64,000 nucleotides of DNA. It comes from an uncultured delta proteobacterium (GTDB lineage: Bacteria; Desulfobacterota; Desulfobaccia; Desulfobaccales; 0-14-0-80-60-11). Positions 9,295 to 19,200 of this stretch are shown piece by piece; positions within the stretch are counted from its first letter, which is position 1; each line of letters opens with the position of its first letter. The stretch lies in contig CAWETI010000002.1 in the NCBI GenBank assembly GCA_963812015.1, positions 1,248,001 to 1,312,000 of the forward strand, written 5' to 3'. Made by a program: the position numbers and the translations under genes. The notes below the pieces were generated by a model. It saw only the letters and a program-made list of their open reading frames with translations, did no database searches and was not told where the DNA came from.

Positions 9295-10400
9295 TGCGGG
9301 AGATTCAGCTCCCGCTGCCCGGCCGGGATACGAGCTATCGGCTGGTGATCGAGGCGGGCCTGCGTTACCGCCTGGGCCCCCTGCTCAAACCCTTATCGTT
9401 CCCTCCCCAGGTGGTGTTGATTGCGGACCGCCGGGTGGCCCGTCTCCACGGGGACACGGTTCTGGAATCCCTCACCGGGGCCGGATTCACCCCAACGCTC
9501 CTGACCACCCTGCCCGGGGAGCGGGCCAAGAGTTGGGCCGTGGTCCAGCGTCTGGCCCGGGAACTCCTGGCCCGGGGCGCCCACCGGCGCACCCTGGTGA
9601 TCGCCCTGGGAGGCGGCGTGGTGGGGGACCTCACCGGCTTTCTGACCTCCATCTTCATGCGGGGGATGCCCTTCATCCAGGTGCCCACCACCTTGCTGGC
9701 CATGGTGGACGCGGCCATCGGCGGCAAGACCGCCATCAATCTCCCTGAAGGCAAAAATCTTCTCGGCACCTTTCACCAGCCCCGTCTGGTGGTTATCGAC
9801 CCCGAATTTTTGCGCAGCCTGCCCCGGGCCGAGCGGCTCAACGGCCTGGCCGAAGTGGTGAAGGCCGGATTTATCCGGGACCGGGACCTGCTGACGCGTC
9901 TCGCGGCGGTCAAAACCAGGCTCTTTAAAGATGAAGCGGAATTGACCGAGACCATCTACCGGGCCGCGGCCATCAAGGCCCAGGTGGTGGCCCAAGACGA
10001 GCGGGAAGGCGACCTCAGGCGCATCCTCAACTTCGGGCACACCCTGGGCCACGGCCTGGAGCAGGCTTCCCACTTCCGCCTGCCCCACGGCCGGGCGGTG
10101 GCCTGGGGCATGGTGGCCGCCCTGACCCTGTCGGAACGCCTAGCGGGACTGGACCCGGCCGAGGCGGAGTGGGGCCGCCGGCTCATCGGTGACTGCGACC
10201 TCTGTCGCCCCCTGCCCCAGCTCGACCCGGAAGCGGTGATGGCGGCCCTGCGCCTGGATAAGAAGCGCCAGGAAACCGGGGTCCCCTTCGTCCTGCTGCC
10301 CCGCCTGGGCGAGGCGGTGATCCAAGCAGAGGCGCCCATGGGGCTGGTGGCGGAAGTGCTGAAAGGGATAATTGGGGGAGGGGGCCAGGGTTTTTCGTAA
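9291..10400 (+). CDS. aroB: 3-dehydroquinate synthase
   Basis: GGGVVGD, PTTLLAMVDAAIGGKT, GKNLLG and LNFGHTLGH motifs. Confidence 0.96.
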   Translation: MMREIQLPLPGRDTSYRLVIEAGLRYRLGPLLKPLSFPPQVVLIADRRVARLHGDTVLESLTGAGFTPTLLTTLPGERAKSWAVVQRLARELLARGAHRRTLVIALGGGVVGDLTGFLTSIFMRGMPFIQVPTTLLAMVDAAIGGKTAINLPEGKNLLGTFHQPRLVVIDPEFLRSLPRAERLNGLAEVVKAGFIRDRDLLTRLAAVKTRLFKDEAELTETIYRAAAIKAQVVAQDEREGDLRRILNFGHTLGHGLEQASHFRLPHGRAVAWGMVAALTLSERLAGLDPAEAEWGRRLIGDCDLCRPLPQLDPEAVMAALRLDKKRQETGVPFVLLPRLGEAVIQAEAPMGLVAEVLKGIIGGGGQGFS

Positions 10401-10657
10401 GCGGCCCCCCGCCGTCCTCCCCCAACCCCATAAGGAGGGGGTACCATGGCGTTTCTTCAGGCTCGTTCCCCAACGGGAGATTGGGAACCGGAAAAATAAT
10501 CTCGGCCGGGATAACCTGAGAGGTTGCGTGGAGTGAGCGACCATACGTTTTTGGTTGATTGGCAGCGTGATGGGGGTTTGGCCCTGTGCAGTTCCTCTCT
10601 CTGCTGAAAAATGCTGAAAGCCCCGGCCAAAGGCCGCAAAACCTTGGGGGAGCTACC

Positions 10658-11089
10658 ATCAAACCCATCTGTCTGAATCCCGTCGGCCTGGTGAAAAAGC
10701 AGGGCCAGCGCGCCTGGCTGGAGATCTATCCGGAATATGCCCCGGCCCTCACCGGCCTCCAGGATTTCTCCCATCTCTGGGTGTTCTATTGGTTCCACGA
10801 GAACGACAAGCCGGAGGAGCGCCGGACCCTTCAGGTCCACCCCCGCCGGGACCCGGGCAACCCCCTGACCGGCGTCTTTGCCTGCCGGGCCCCGGCGCGG
10901 CCCAACCTCATCGGCTTCACCGCCTGTCGCATCATCAAGGTGGAGGGGAACGTCCTGGAAGTGGCGGACCTGGACGCCCGAGACGGCACCCCCATTCTGG
11001 ACCTCAAGCCCTACATCCCTGACGGCGACGCCATCCCCGAGGCCCGGGCCCCGGAGTGGCTCAAGCGCGCCAAGCCTCCGGTTGACTAA
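10658..11089 (+). CDS. trmO: tRNA m6t6A37 methyltransferase TrmO (TsaA/YaeB); start codon uncertain
   Basis: FSHLWVFYWFH, GVFACRAPARPNLIG and DARDGTPILDLKPY motifs. The best RBS (GGGGGAG) precedes an ATC at 10658. Confidence 0.88.
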   Translation: MKPICLNPVGLVKKQGQRAWLEIYPEYAPALTGLQDFSHLWVFYWFHENDKPEERRTLQVHPRRDPGNPLTGVFACRAPARPNLIGFTACRIIKVEGNVLEVADLDARDGTPILDLKPYIPDGDAIPEARAPEWLKRAKPPVD

Positions 11090-11341
11090 CGCCCGGTCCA
11101 GTCTCTCCCCTTTAAATATTTCCAGGGATCAAACCCGGGAAGCACGGTCATGGAACCATTGTTAAAGCGGTGGCCAAGGCGGCCGGATAATCTCAGGGTA
11201 TCTCTCGCGATTGACTGAAGCCCCATATTTGTGGCAAGATGGCAACCAACAGAGGATGCGATTCTTCGGCCCAGAGACCCCTGGCCAATGATTTTTGAGA
11301 AATATTTTCAGTTTTTTGTTTTTTTGTAAGGGGCTAAAATC

Positions 11342-12355
11342 TTGAAAATTCGTGTTTGGGGAATCAGCGCGATTATTCTTTCAACTATTTTAGTAGTTTT
11401 GATTCTTGAAGGTATCCTCCATGTTTTTGCCCCCTTATACATGGCCGGAAATCGGCAGGCCTACCGGTACGATGAGGAGTTGGGATGCCGGTTGCAAGAT
11501 AACCTCCGGCTGTTAAGAACCACTGATTATCAAGAAGAAATTTATACCAACCAATTGGGCACCGCAAATTTCCAGAAAGATTTCGCTAATTATCAAAGGT
11601 TGGTCTTTGCTGTGGGGGATTCTTTTACCCAAGGCACCGGCTTGCCCATGGATGCCTCTTATCCCTTTCAACTTGACCTGCTGCTGAATATGCAGAATGA
11701 TCATTATGTCAAAAAATATGCGGTGGTTAATTTGGGGGTGGCGACCTACGGGGGGAAGCAGAACCTGATAAACCTGAAAAAGTACTGCGAGAAATTAGGA
11801 AAACCTCGTTATGTTTTATACTTAGGCTGTAGTAATGATTATGAGGACGACCTCCTCTTAGACCGCGGTCGGGTCCACAAGCGCATGGTTGCCGGGAATC
11901 CCAACTGGCCGTGGTATACGAACCCCCTGGTCTGGTGGGCCCATGAGACGGAATTGGGGAAACGAACCAAGATCGCCTTGGGAAACCTCACGAAGCGGCG
12001 GATTTTCTCGCAAGACCGAGCCCTGTCTCAATCCCCCGATAAGCAAAAGACGGCGGCGGAACTGGAGGAACCGATCTTGCAAGAGCTGAGCAAGCTCACG
12101 GGCCAGGTGGGGGCCAAACTCATCGTCTCCTGGGCTAACCTGCCGTCTGAGCAGGATGGCTCTTACACCTGGCTCAAGGAGTTCGCCCGGCAGCATCAGA
12201 TCGCTTTTGCCGACTGGTATCCCGCAGTGGCGTCGGTGCAAACCGCCATCCAGGCGATCCCCCTGGACAATCCCCATTCGGGGGGCCATTACCGCACTTG
12301 GGTGAACCGTCAGATCGCCCAGGCTTATGCCAAGCACATGGTGTCCCCTGAATGA
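11342..12355 (+). CDS. Membrane-anchored SGNH/GDSL-type hydrolase/acetyltransferase
   Basis: N-terminal TM, VGDSFTQG, VVNLGV, SND and C-terminal HSGGH motifs; lower-GC 5' half. Confidence 0.75.
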   Translation: MKIRVWGISAIILSTILVVLILEGILHVFAPLYMAGNRQAYRYDEELGCRLQDNLRLLRTTDYQEEIYTNQLGTANFQKDFANYQRLVFAVGDSFTQGTGLPMDASYPFQLDLLLNMQNDHYVKKYAVVNLGVATYGGKQNLINLKKYCEKLGKPRYVLYLGCSNDYEDDLLLDRGRVHKRMVAGNPNWPWYTNPLVWWAHETELGKRTKIALGNLTKRRIFSQDRALSQSPDKQKTAAELEEPILQELSKLTGQVGAKLIVSWANLPSEQDGSYTWLKEFARQHQIAFADWYPAVASVQTAIQAIPLDNPHSGGHYRTWVNRQIAQAYAKHMVSPE

Positions 12356-12559
12356 CCAGCATCAGCCAGTGGTTTCGGCAGAACTGCACCGGTGGGCTCT
12401 GCTGTTCTTCTCCGGCACGGTGGGCGACAATATTCTGGAGGGGTGGCGGACCTGGCGGCCGGGGGGAGCATCGCCTCGGGCTGAACCGCTTGGTGGAGTC
12501 GCTTGCCGGGGGCGAAAAATCACTCGTAATTGTTCTGCATGTATCGCGACTTTCTCCGG

Positions 12560-13825
12560 TTACCCACCACTACATGATCCCCGGTCCGTCCTCCCGAGAC
12601 GCCGGCCGGCGGGGGCCAGGGCCGGAAACTCCGGCTCGGCAAGGCAGGCCAACAGCCCCGCCGCGGCTTCAAGGCCGTAGGGCAGCGCCGCTTCGTCGAG
12701 ATTGAAGTGGGGGGAGTGCAGGGCCTGGCCCCGCCCCCCGGGGGTGCGCACCCCTAAAAAGAAGTAAAACCCGGGAGATACCGAGGCATAGTAGGGAAAA
12801 TCCTCGCTCCCCATGGCCGGGTGCAACAGCTTGAGGCGCTGCGGCCCCAGCAGGGCCTGGAGCACCTGCACCGCCCTCTTGGTAAGTTCCGGATCGTTCT
12901 TGAGCATGGGAAACAATGGTTCCACGGTGAGTTTGATCTCGGCCCCGGTGGCCTGGGTGAGCCCGGCAAATTGCCGCCCCAGACCGTCTAAAACCTCCTG
13001 GCGCACCGAGTCCTGGAGGTAGCGGAGGCTGCCTTCCAGCACCACTTCGTCCGCCAGGATATTGAAGCGGTTGCCGCCCTGGATGCGACCGAAGGTGAGG
13101 ATCTTGGGGGACCGGGCGTCGATCTGTTGGGCCAGGAAGCCCTGAATATGATTGAGCACCTGGGCCGTGGCCAGGATGGGGTCCACGCCCCGGTGCGGTG
13201 TGGCGCCATGGGCCGATTTGCCGGTGACGGTGAGGATGATGCGGTCGGCCCCGGCCATCACCACTCCCGGGCCGTAGCGGATGTGGCCGGCGTCCAGATT
13301 CGGCGCCACGTGGAGGGCGCACACCGCGGTCACCTTGGGGTGGTCCAGGACCCCCGCCGCCACCATACCCTTGGCGCCGCTGTCCCCGACGGGCGGGCCT
13401 TCTTCGGCGGGCTGAAAGATAAAGCGGAACTCCCCGGCCAGACGGTCTTGCATCTCGCTGAGGAGGCGGGCCGCAACCAGGCCGATGCTCACGTGGAAGT
13501 CGTGGCCGCAGGCGTGCATGACCCCCTCCACCCGGGAGCGCCAGGGGAGGTTCACCTTCTCGGCGATGGGCAGGGCGTCCATGTCGGCCCGCCAGGCCAC
13601 CGTCCGGCCCAGGCGGGCGCCCTGCAGCACCCCCAGCACCCCATGGCCGGCCAGGCCGGTGCGCACGGAAAGCCCCAGGTCCTTCAGATAGTCCGCCACC
13701 ACCCGGGCGGTGCGCTCCTCGTGGTGGGTCAGCTCAGGATGCTGGTGGAGTTCCCGGCGCAGGGCCACGAGCTCCGGTTCCAGGCCTTGGGCCCTGGCTT
13801 GAATTCCTGCTAATAATTCCGTCAT
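12560..13825 (-). CDS. M20D family amidohydrolase
   Basis: RRELHQHPEL, RADMDALP, MHACGHD, FQPAEEG, SAHGA and GSEDF motifs. Confidence 0.93.
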   Translation of the reverse strand: MTELLAGIQARAQGLEPELVALRRELHQHPELTHHEERTARVVADYLKDLGLSVRTGLAGHGVLGVLQGARLGRTVAWRADMDALPIAEKVNLPWRSRVEGVMHACGHDFHVSIGLVAARLLSEMQDRLAGEFRFIFQPAEEGPPVGDSGAKGMVAAGVLDHPKVTAVCALHVAPNLDAGHIRYGPGVVMAGADRIILTVTGKSAHGATPHRGVDPILATAQVLNHIQGFLAQQIDARSPKILTFGRIQGGNRFNILADEVVLEGSLRYLQDSVRQEVLDGLGRQFAGLTQATGAEIKLTVEPLFPMLKNDPELTKRAVQVLQALLGPQRLKLLHPAMGSEDFPYYASVSPGFYFFLGVRTPGGRGQALHSPHFNLDEAALPYGLEAAAGLLACLAEPEFPALAPAGRRLGRTDRGSCSGG

Positions 13826-14109
13826 GGGGGCATTGTACCGCGGCCCGGAAAGATGGCAAAGGGGAAAAAGGGGCGCGGTGGGGCCCCAGACCGGCAGCTG
13901 CCAAACCGGGCAGTCGACGGTCAGGGACTGCCCCCAGGCGGATAAACGGAGGCAATTGGCGAAAAAAAACCAAATTCCCCGGGAAACCTAATGAGCCGGA
14001 AAGAGAGGAAGATTCCCCGGGGCTGAGGGCTTTGTGGGAATTCTTCTTCCCCTGGAGGCAATTTTCCCCTTGACAAGTGCGCCGATTTTTAAGACAAAAA
14101 CAAGATAGA

Positions 14110-14184
14110 GCGGGAATAACTCAGCGGTAGAGTGCGACCTTGCCAAGGTCGAAGTCGCGGGTTCAAATCCCGTTTCCCGCTCCA
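14110..14184 (+). tRNA. tRNA-Gly(GCC)
   Basis: GCGGGAA acceptor stem, anticodon arm CGACC-TT-GCC-AA-GGTCG, GGTTCAAATCC T-arm, encoded CCA. Confidence 0.97.
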
Positions 14185-14186
14185 GA

Positions 14187-14261
14187 GGCGGCATAGCCAA
14201 GAGGTAAGGCAGCGGTCTGCAAAACCGTTATTCTCCGGTTCGAATCCGGATGCCGCCTCCA
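14187..14261 (+). tRNA. tRNA-Cys(GCA)
   Basis: GGCGGCA acceptor stem, anticodon arm GCGGT-CT-GCA-AA-ACCGT, GGTTCGAATCC T-arm, encoded CCA. Confidence 0.97.
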
Positions 14262-14329
14262 GCTATTCCAGGTACTTACGGTAGCTGCGGCTACCTTTTT
14301 TTGTTGGTGGGAGCACTTTTTCGTCCCCG

Positions 14330-14640
14330 AGTATAATTTACCAGGAGTTACCTCCTCCTGCTGCTGGGCCAACAGCCCCTCAAACTTCTGATCAGCTTCC
14401 CTGGCGTCCGCAGTGTCCACCGTATTGTAGCGGTGAAACATAGCCGCGGTTTTGTGCCCGGTGAGTTTCATGATCACCGAGTGGTCCACCCCCGCCTTCC
14501 TCATGTTGGTGTTAAAAGTGTGCCGGAGATCGTGAAACCGGAAATTCTCAATCCCCCCCTGCGGCAGGCTTTTAGAAAGGCTGTCCGGATACCCATGATT
14601 GGCCGGCCTTTGTATGTGAAGACTCGATTATGCCCCAGCC
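14330..14640 (-). pseudogene. Tyrosine integrase C-terminal remnant pointing at the tRNA pair (ends approximate)
   Basis: …IRTAFLKACRR / IENFRFHDLRHTFNTNMRKAG…KLTGHKTAAMFHRY (HxxR, GH, Y motifs); frameshift in a C7 run near 14553-14559; no N-terminus. Confidence 0.85.
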
Positions 14641-14679
14641 CTCTCACCCGGCCAGCCTCATTTAAAATACCCAGGAGCC

Positions 14680-15333
14680 AGAGCCCGGGAGCGGCTGGCG
14701 AAGCGCGGCGCTAAGTTAATCTTAGACCTGGTGCCCAACCACGTGGCCCCGGACCACCCTTGGGTTCAGGAACACCCGGACTATTTTATCCAGGGCACTC
14801 CAGAGGATTTTATAAGTTCCCCGCAAGCGTTTCTGCAAGGGGGAGACCACATTCTGGCCCACGGCCGAGATCCCTATTCCCCACCTTGGCCGGACGGCAT
14901 GCAGGTCAACGCCTTTGCACCCGGCCTCCGCCAAGCCCTCATCGATACCCTAATATCGATGGCCAGCCAGTGGGACGGGGTGCGCGGCGACATGGCCTTG
15001 CTGCTGATTAACCAAATCTTCCGAAAGGCCCGGGCCGCGGCCGTCACCATCGCCACCCTGCCCGGCGCCAGGCTGTTTCACGAGGGGCAGCTTAAGGGCC
15101 GGAGGATCAGGTTGCCCGTGTTTCTCAACCGTCGGCCCCCGGAGCCGGTTGATTCGGACTTGCAGAACTTTTACCAGACCCTACTGGCTGCGGTGGCGCA
15201 GCCGGTGTTCAAGGCAGGGGAATGGCGTCTCGGTTCGCGGTCTGGTTGGCCGGATAACCGGAGCTATCTCCACACGGCGGCCTGGGGGTGGCGTCTCGGG
15301 GAGGAACGGCGCCTCATCATCTTTGAACTCTAA
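14680..15333 (+). pseudogene. Alpha-amylase (GH13) remnant, 5'-truncated with an internal deletion
   Basis: LILDLVPNH and WDGVRGDMA motifs, then an abrupt jump to TLPGARLFHEGQ; central catalytic segments are missing. Confidence 0.75.
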
Positions 15334-15589
15334 TCAACACTCTCTACCAAAAGATTGATCGGCTCCAACCCGGCACAAAAATTTTCAAAGTCTAAACCTA
15401 TCTCCGGTCCTGTCAGGGGAAAAATCATGGTTTTCCCGTACCAGAAATCAGTAATTCTACCGATTTTACTAACTGTAAAAACGTATTAAATAAGAGGCAC
15501 ATTAATGATGGTTCGAAAAAATAAATCAATATGAAAAAACGTAAAACCACAGGTAAGAACCAAAACCCATAAAATGAGGAGAGAAAAAC

Positions 15590-15754
15590 ATGGAACGGAT
15601 GAAGAATTTTTTCAAAGATGAGTCTGGTGCGACGGCCGTGGAGTATGGTCTGATGGTAGCGTTGATCGCTGCGGTTATCGTCACCATCGTTACAACCCTT
15701 GGGCAAAAAGTCAACACTGCCTTTACAACCGTGAGTAACTCCATGGCCAGTTAA
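15590..15754 (+). CDS. flp: Flp family type IVb pilin (54 aa)
   Basis: Not in the ORF track. MERMKNFFKDESG|ATAVEYGLMVALIAAVIV…; GAGGAG RBS. Confidence 0.93.
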   Translation: MERMKNFFKDESGATAVEYGLMVALIAAVIVTIVTTLGQKVNTAFTTVSNSMAS

Positions 15755-15942
15755 GAAACGCCATGTCAAGTGCAGTACAAGTATTGGGGGCCTGGCTGCA
15801 GCCCTGCCTGATCCCGCAGGTTAAGACTGACTGGCATGGTTGATGAATCGGAAACAAGTCTTAATCCCCTCCTCTGGTGGGAGGGGATTAGGAGGATGGG
15901 GAAATAACTGCTGGGAAAAACAATCTTTATCCCCCCCTAACC

Positions 15943-16000
15943 CTTGTATGTTAAAGGGAACCGGTACATAGTTTGGTCATTAAAGAACCAGGCCATCAGG
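15943..16000 (+). mobile_element. 58-bp left-end remnant of the IS110 element at 58098
   Basis: Identical to 58098-58155; preceded by CCTAACC, matching the element's target guide. Confidence 0.92.
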
Positions 16001-16046
16001 GTGAGAACAGGAAATGTTACCGGCAAGATCCGCTGATCCGGGGAAA

Positions 16047-16253
16047 CAGTGACGTTTTTGGGAACAGGTCGTCCACGACGAGCCTGATTATGAGCGTCAC
16101 GTGGATTACATCCACTACAATCCGGTAAAGCATGGTCATGTGACGAGGGTTGCGGATTGGCCTTATTCAAGCTTTCATCAATACGTGGAACGCAGCATTT
16201 ATAACCTCGAATGGGCGGCAGATGATAACGTTCGAAGTCTAGAGATGGAATAA
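16047..16253 (+). pseudogene. RAYT transposase C-terminal remnant
   Basis: Q*RFWEQVVHDEPDYERHVDYIHYNPVKHGHVTRVADWPYSSFHQYV…, closely matching the RAYT at 1-438; followed by the same REP. Confidence 0.9.
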
Positions 16254-16260
16254 TGCTAGA

Positions 16261-16290
16261 GGCGGGATGCGCTTCGCTTTCCCGCCCTAC
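16261..16290 (-). repeat. GTAG REP identical to 505-534
   Basis: ggcgggatgcgcttcgctttcccgccctac. Confidence 0.9.
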
Positions 16291-16606
16291 GGGCTCTTTT
16301 GCGGTTGCGGAGAGGATGCGTTTCAGCCCCGGTATTTTTCGATGCTTTGGGGCTTTTTCATTTTGGTCCTTTCCACTCGATAAATTTTCGAAATTATGGT
16401 CAGGGCTTTCATCAGGTAGTTAGTTAGGCAAGGGATTTCTTCTGAATTGCCACCCCCATCCCGTATCCCGGCAGCGAAACCAAAAGTCGGATAATCCGGG
16501 GCTACCCCGAGGCTGGCCAGGAGATCACCGCTGAGACTATCTAGCAGTCGGGCGCCTCTGATTTACCTTCGCCTCAGGTGAAGTCAGACGAGAAATCTAA
16601 AGGATA

Positions 16607-18073
16607 TTACTCACGGTAGTTTTGCCTTAGCAAGTACATGAAGAGGGTCTGAGGAGTTCGGAAAACATCCTTGATGATCCCTCCTATTAAGCGATTATGT
16701 CTGAGTAGATCCAGGAAGTCAAAAATTCGCCGCCAATGCAGCCAGCTTTTGAGGAAGGTCCTCCGGAAATCGCGCTCTCGGAGCTTTAAAGTCGCCTTAT
16801 CCATTTGCCCCGGAAAATTCGAAACCAAGAGGCTCTCGGATTCCTTCAAGGTTTTAGGCTCTTGGGAGCCATGGATTTCATCCCAGAGGCAACTACCGGG
16901 ATGGACCATCAGCGGGTTGATTTCCGCAATAATCGGCATTACTTCCCAGACGAGTGTCCTGGTAGCCTCGTGATCTTGATCCGTCTCTCCCAGGCCGCCG
17001 GTGATGAAGCTGGCGATGGTGGCGATATGGGCTTTTTTGGTCCGGATAATGTCGGTTGCCAGCTGTTTGCGCGTGGTGGGTTTCCGGTAGCGTCTGAGCT
17101 GTTCATCGCTGCTACTCTCTACTCCCAAAAAAACCAGGTCAAAGCCAGCCCGGTGCATAAGATCTAACGTGGCGTCCGGTACATGGTGCAAGGTCCCGGC
17201 GCAGGCCAAGCGCATGTTGGGGATATGTTCTATGATCAAGTGACAGAGCTTGTCGAGGCGATCCACGTTGCCGGTGAAATTATCGTCAAAGAAGATGACA
17301 AACTCGTATCCTTCCTGGGACAGCACTAGCAGTTCTTGCAAGACGTTCTCGGCACTTCTGATTCTGAGCCGATTGCCACTCAGTTTGGTGCCGGCGCAGA
17401 AGGTGCAGTTAAACAGGCAGCCTCTGGAGGAGAACGCGGTGGTGAAACGGGGCAAGAGGGGAAGCTCGAAGCCATACCATTGCTTCCCATAACCGGGGTA
17501 ATCCAGGAGGCTCCGGTCTGGGAAAGGCAGGGAGTCCATATCCTCAATTTGCTGGGGTTCCCCCCGGATTACTTTTCCCTGGGCCCGATAAGACAGTCCC
17601 GGTAGACCGGCAGTTTCCTTCCCCGCCAGGAGGCGTTTGCCCAGCTCCAAGAAACTTTCTTCCGCTTCTCCCCTCAGGACTAGATCGAGTTCGGGTATCT
17701 CTTTGAGGAGGAGACGGTCAAAGAGGGTGGCGTGAAGGCCACCGGCCAAAGTCAGGGTATCGTGTCGGGCTGCTTTGATCCTCCCCAGTAGCCTGGGAAG
17801 GTTTTCGAGTTTCGTGCTCATCACCGAAACTCCCACCACATCGGGGGAGAGGGCCAGAATCCTTTCCGCGGTCTGGTCCACGTTCAGCCCTTCGCAAAAC
17901 GCGTCCACGATCTTTACCCGGACACCGGGCAGATTCTTTATATTTGCAGCTAGATACAAGAGTCCCAAGGGCGGGAATGATCCGGAATTCCAGGCGATAT
18001 CAATCGGTGAGGTCGCCAAAACGATGTTCAACAGGGGCTCTTCAGTGGCATCACGGTTTGGGGCAGGATTCAA
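16607..18073 (-). CDS. Cobalamin-binding (class B) radical SAM protein
   Basis: PPLGLLYLAA, GGLHAT and GEAE (B12 domain); SRGCLFNCTFC; DDNF; GVES. Confidence 0.9.
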   Translation of the reverse strand: MNPAPNRDATEEPLLNIVLATSPIDIAWNSGSFPPLGLLYLAANIKNLPGVRVKIVDAFCEGLNVDQTAERILALSPDVVGVSVMSTKLENLPRLLGRIKAARHDTLTLAGGLHATLFDRLLLKEIPELDLVLRGEAEESFLELGKRLLAGKETAGLPGLSYRAQGKVIRGEPQQIEDMDSLPFPDRSLLDYPGYGKQWYGFELPLLPRFTTAFSSRGCLFNCTFCAGTKLSGNRLRIRSAENVLQELLVLSQEGYEFVIFFDDNFTGNVDRLDKLCHLIIEHIPNMRLACAGTLHHVPDATLDLMHRAGFDLVFLGVESSSDEQLRRYRKPTTRKQLATDIIRTKKAHIATIASFITGGLGETDQDHEATRTLVWEVMPIIAEINPLMVHPGSCLWDEIHGSQEPKTLKESESLLVSNFPGQMDKATLKLRERDFRRTFLKSWLHWRRIFDFLDLLRHNRLIGGIIKDVFRTPQTLFMYLLRQNYRE

Positions 18074-18753
18074 GTTTATTCCCTATAATGCCGCAATTAT
18101 CCGGCAAGCTTGGCCATCCTAGTCCAAGCATGCTTTTGGGGACCTCGGTGCCGGGGGAAAATCACCCAAAGTTTCTGTTCTTGAAGCCGAATCCCCTCGT
18201 CATCGGCATGTTAGCACAAATTTTCAGGGAAAAGCACCTTTTCCCTGAGTTTTGGACATACTTAACCCTCAATACCCGAACGCTTCACTGCTGCGGAGGT
18301 TAAGGAACCCATGACAGCATCGCCCGATAAGGGGAAGCCAAAGGAAAAGCGGCGGCGACCGGTACGTACCGCCTCCGCGCATGGTACGAAATTCCGGCCT
18401 CCACTTTGATCAAACGCTTCCTCAGCTAATCAACCGACCGCTTTACTTCTTCATCCCAAGTAGAGGACTGCCTGATCATAGGGAGAAGTTTGTCGGCCAA
18501 ACCCCCATCTTCAGCCGGGCCTGGTGGGCCCGAACCGCTGGCAACCGGTCTTGTCCCAGCGCAAGGTGTTCTTGCCTCCCTTAATCCGGATTTCCACCTC
18601 TGTCCAACCATTAGAGACCTTGACCGAGATTATGGCGCGGAAAAACCAGCGAGGCCCGGAGATTTGGTTCCCCGGCGCTGGAACTTTCCACTCAATCCTA
18701 ACGATTTTTAAAGTATCAGATGAAGATGCCGATACATTCAGCAGAGATTTCCG

Positions 18754-18848
18754 CGCCACCGAACAGGGCAAACTTCACCGAAAGGGGAGGACGCAAAGTC
18801 TCCAGCCTACAGCCTGAGGGCCAGGGCAGCGGGATTGCCGAAGTGGTG
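18754..18848 (+). ncRNA. c-di-GMP-I (GEMM-I) riboswitch upstream of the flp-tad operon
   Basis: CAGGGCAAA-CTTCACC-GAAA-GGGGAG-GACGCAAAG-TCTCCAGCCTAC…GGCAGCGGGATTGCCGAA, with P1 CGCCAC/GTGGTG. Confidence 0.92.
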
Positions 18849-19017
18849 AAGGTGAGGCTGCCAATGGCACCACACCAGATGCCGAGACATGGACCGGTGG
18901 GCGACGTGGATCCACCTTAGGGAACAGGAGGTGAGGATCAGGAGCACGGTTTAACGACCAGCATCGGTAGGTAACCATTCTGCCAATACCAAACATCAAT
19001 GATGAGGAGAAGCAAAA

Positions 19018-19200
19018 ATGCAAACTTATCTTAAGAAATTTATGGCGTTTATTCGAGATGAACAGGGGGCCTCAGCCATTGAATATGCGCTGTTGGTGGC
19101 GTTGATCGCCCTGGCGATCACGGCGGGGGCAACCGCCCTGGGCACCAACATCTCGGCAATGTTTAATAACGCATCCACCAAACTCAATGCCGCGAGTTAA
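19018..19200 (+). CDS. flp: Flp family type IVb pilin
   Basis: FIRDEQG|ASAIEYALLVALIALAI; GAGGAG RBS. Confidence 0.94.
   Translation: MQTYLKKFMAFIRDEQGASAIEYALLVALIALAITAGATALGTNISAMFNNASTKLNAAS

Noticed and set aside
14163..14504. 113-aa ORF as an intact gene
   Set aside because: It is an integrase fragment reading through antisense tRNA sequence.
15494..15512. sigma54 promoter for the first flp (AGGCACATTAATGATG)
   Set aside because: No GC at the -12 position.
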